This document shows, piece after piece, positions 62,542 through 64,000 of a stretch of DNA of 64,000 nucleotides. A program made the position numbers and the translations under genes. Origin of the DNA: an uncultured Planctomycetaceae bacterium (GTDB taxonomy: Bacteria; Planctomycetota; Planctomycetia; Isosphaerales; Isosphaeraceae); assembly GCA_963833985.1 (NCBI GenBank), contig CAWIAD010000001.1, positions 3,264,001-3,328,000 of the forward strand, in the 5' to 3' direction. The notes beneath the pieces are model-generated. The model worked only from the letters and a program-made list of their open reading frames with translations. It ran no database searches and was not told the origin of the DNA. The number at the start of each line of letters is the position of its first letter. The stretch's first letter is position 1.

Positions 62542-63402
62542 ATGCACTTCAGATCGGGTCAAGGTTCGCTGATCGCAGTAGGAACGGGGATTCGCGTTGT
62601 GGGCCAGTTGACCACGGAGGCAATCGCCTGGATGAAGCGCGCGGATCGGCTTCTGTACTCCGTGTCCGACGTGCTCGCAGAGGAGACGATCCGGGAGTTG
62701 AACCCGGCCGGCGCGGAGTCACTGACGGTCTTCTACGCCGAGAACAAGCCGCGCGGGGTCACTTATCAGCAGATGGTGGAGCGAACGCTCCAGTGCGTGC
62801 GCTCGGGGATGCTCACCTGTGTCGCCCTCTATGGGCATCCCGGCGTCTTCGCCTACCCGGTGCACGAGGCGATCCGTCAAGCACGGGTGGAGGGCTACCC
62901 CGCGAGGATGCTGCCGGGAATCTCGTCCGACGCTTGCCTGTTCGCCGACCTGGGCGTTGACCCGGCCACCGCGGGCTGCCAGTCGTACGAGGCGACCGAT
63001 TTCCTGCTCTACGGCCGCACGGTCGACCCCTCCGCCGCGCTCATCCTCTGGCAGGTCGGGACGGTCGGTGACATCCTCTATCACCATGGCGCCTACGACC
63101 GCTCCCTGCTGCCGGTCCTGGTCGAACGGCTCTGCCGGTTCTATCCCGCGGACCACGTGTGCACGCTCTACGAGGCGGCCGTCCTGCCCGATGGCGAGCC
63201 CGAGATCCGGAAAGTGCCAATCGGCTTGCTTCACCAGGTGCCCGTCCCCTGGGCAACCACGGTGTATATTCCCCCTGCGCAGGTCCGCGGCCCCGATCTC
63301 GACATCCTGGCGCAGGATCGGGGCGGTTCTGGCCGTCGCGCCGCCGGCCGTGCCGGCAGCGAATGCAGAGCTCATCGAGATGGCCTGAGCGGGACAGTGT
63401 GA
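62542..63402 (+). CDS. Borosin peptide alpha-N-methyltransferase (SAM-dependent, tetrapyrrole-methylase fold); true stop may be 63388 if an indel lies near 63313
   Basis: GSLIAVGTGI, FYAENKPRGVTY, LYGHPGVF, MLPGISSDACLFADLGVDP, GCQSYEATDFL, LILWQVG, YEAA, TVYIPP. Confidence 0.92.
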   Translation: MHFRSGQGSLIAVGTGIRVVGQLTTEAIAWMKRADRLLYSVSDVLAEETIRELNPAGAESLTVFYAENKPRGVTYQQMVERTLQCVRSGMLTCVALYGHPGVFAYPVHEAIRQARVEGYPARMLPGISSDACLFADLGVDPATAGCQSYEATDFLLYGRTVDPSAALILWQVGTVGDILYHHGAYDRSLLPVLVERLCRFYPADHVCTLYEAAVLPDGEPEIRKVPIGLLHQVPVPWATTVYIPPAQVRGPDLDILAQDRGGSGRRAAGRAGSECRAHRDGLSGTV

Positions 63403-63435
63403 CCAGGTCTGACATCGATGCCGGAGGGATTGCCG

Positions 63436-64000
63436 ATGCCCCTGAAACTGGCCCTCGTCATTGGCCCGATCCTCGCGGCCCTGTGCCAGGTCCTCGCGCC
63501 GGCACGCGGCGACCAGCTCCCTTTCACCGTGGAGCTGAAGGAGGTGACGTTCCCGGACGCACCTGCGCTCCAGTCCTTCGCGCTGGCTCAGGATTTCGAA
63601 GGGCCGCTGGCTCTGCCTCGGCGGCCGCACGGCCGGCATGCACGGGCAAAAGAATCAGAACTCCTCGGGGCAGCCCGTCAACTTCACGGACTTTAACGAT
63701 CGCGCCTGGGTGATCGACGTGGCAGATAACAAGGCGACTCCGCGATCGCTCTCGGAGCTGGGCCTTGTCCCGGCTGTGGTGGAGTCGCTGGCGGTCACCG
63801 GGGCAGAGTCGTTGCAGCTCGGAGACAAACTGTACATCGTCGGCGGCTACGGGAACTCCGCCACCTCGAAATACCCCATCACTTTTAGCCGTCTCACTGT
63901 TGTGGATGTAGGCGCTACTGCGGACGCAGTTGTCGGCAGTGCTCTTATCGGCAGCCATATCCGACAGAGCGCCCGGACAAGTATCTCCATGTGGCTGGCG
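63436..64000 (+). CDS. Secreted kelch-like beta-propeller protein, partial; indels near 63600-63625
   Basis: GGAGG RBS, signal peptide, LQSFALAQ, restored WLCLGGRTAGMHG, and GDKLYIVGGYG kelch-type blade; runs off the window. Confidence 0.65.

Noticed and set aside
62542..63402. Cobalamin/siroheme tetrapyrrole methylase interpretation
   Set aside because: It has YGHP and GCQSYEAT rather than the GDP-type motif, there are no cob/cys neighbours, and a precursor-like gene is adjacent.
1..64000. CRISPR arrays, tRNA/rRNA genes, transposases, integrases, prophage genes
   Set aside because: None recognised by eye; small RNAs could have been missed without covariance-model searches.

Overview
GC-rich chromosomal window from a planctomycete (inferred from DUF1559 pilin-like, DUF1501/DUF1800, BlaI-M56 and LE.R.LL-type proteins; family not determinable). 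It holds about 43 genes. Housekeeping: dnaE, dinB, zwf-opcA, an isolated nuoL-nuoM pair, psuG and a pilT-like ATPase. Carbohydrate and envelope: GH88, GH43-ricin, a YfhO-like and a TMTC-like GT-C protein, glycosylasparaginase, FG-GAP and PEP-CTERM proteins. A small accessory patch at about 14.7-16.9 kb carries a glyoxalase gene with an integron attC-like site and an EVE-like/PIN toxin-antitoxin pair. The standout is at the right end (62.1-63.4 kb): a split borosin RiPP locus, i.e. an 86-aa precursor with a helical leader and a QVVVSH core next to a stand-alone peptide backbone alpha-N-methyltransferase with its catalytic Tyr/Arg residues intact, followed by a secreted kelch-like gene that runs off the window. 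About ten otherwise intact genes are broken by 1-2 nt indels, most likely long-read consensus errors. No rRNA, tRNA, CRISPR array, transposase or integrase was recognised. All family calls come from motif recognition by eye, not database searches.
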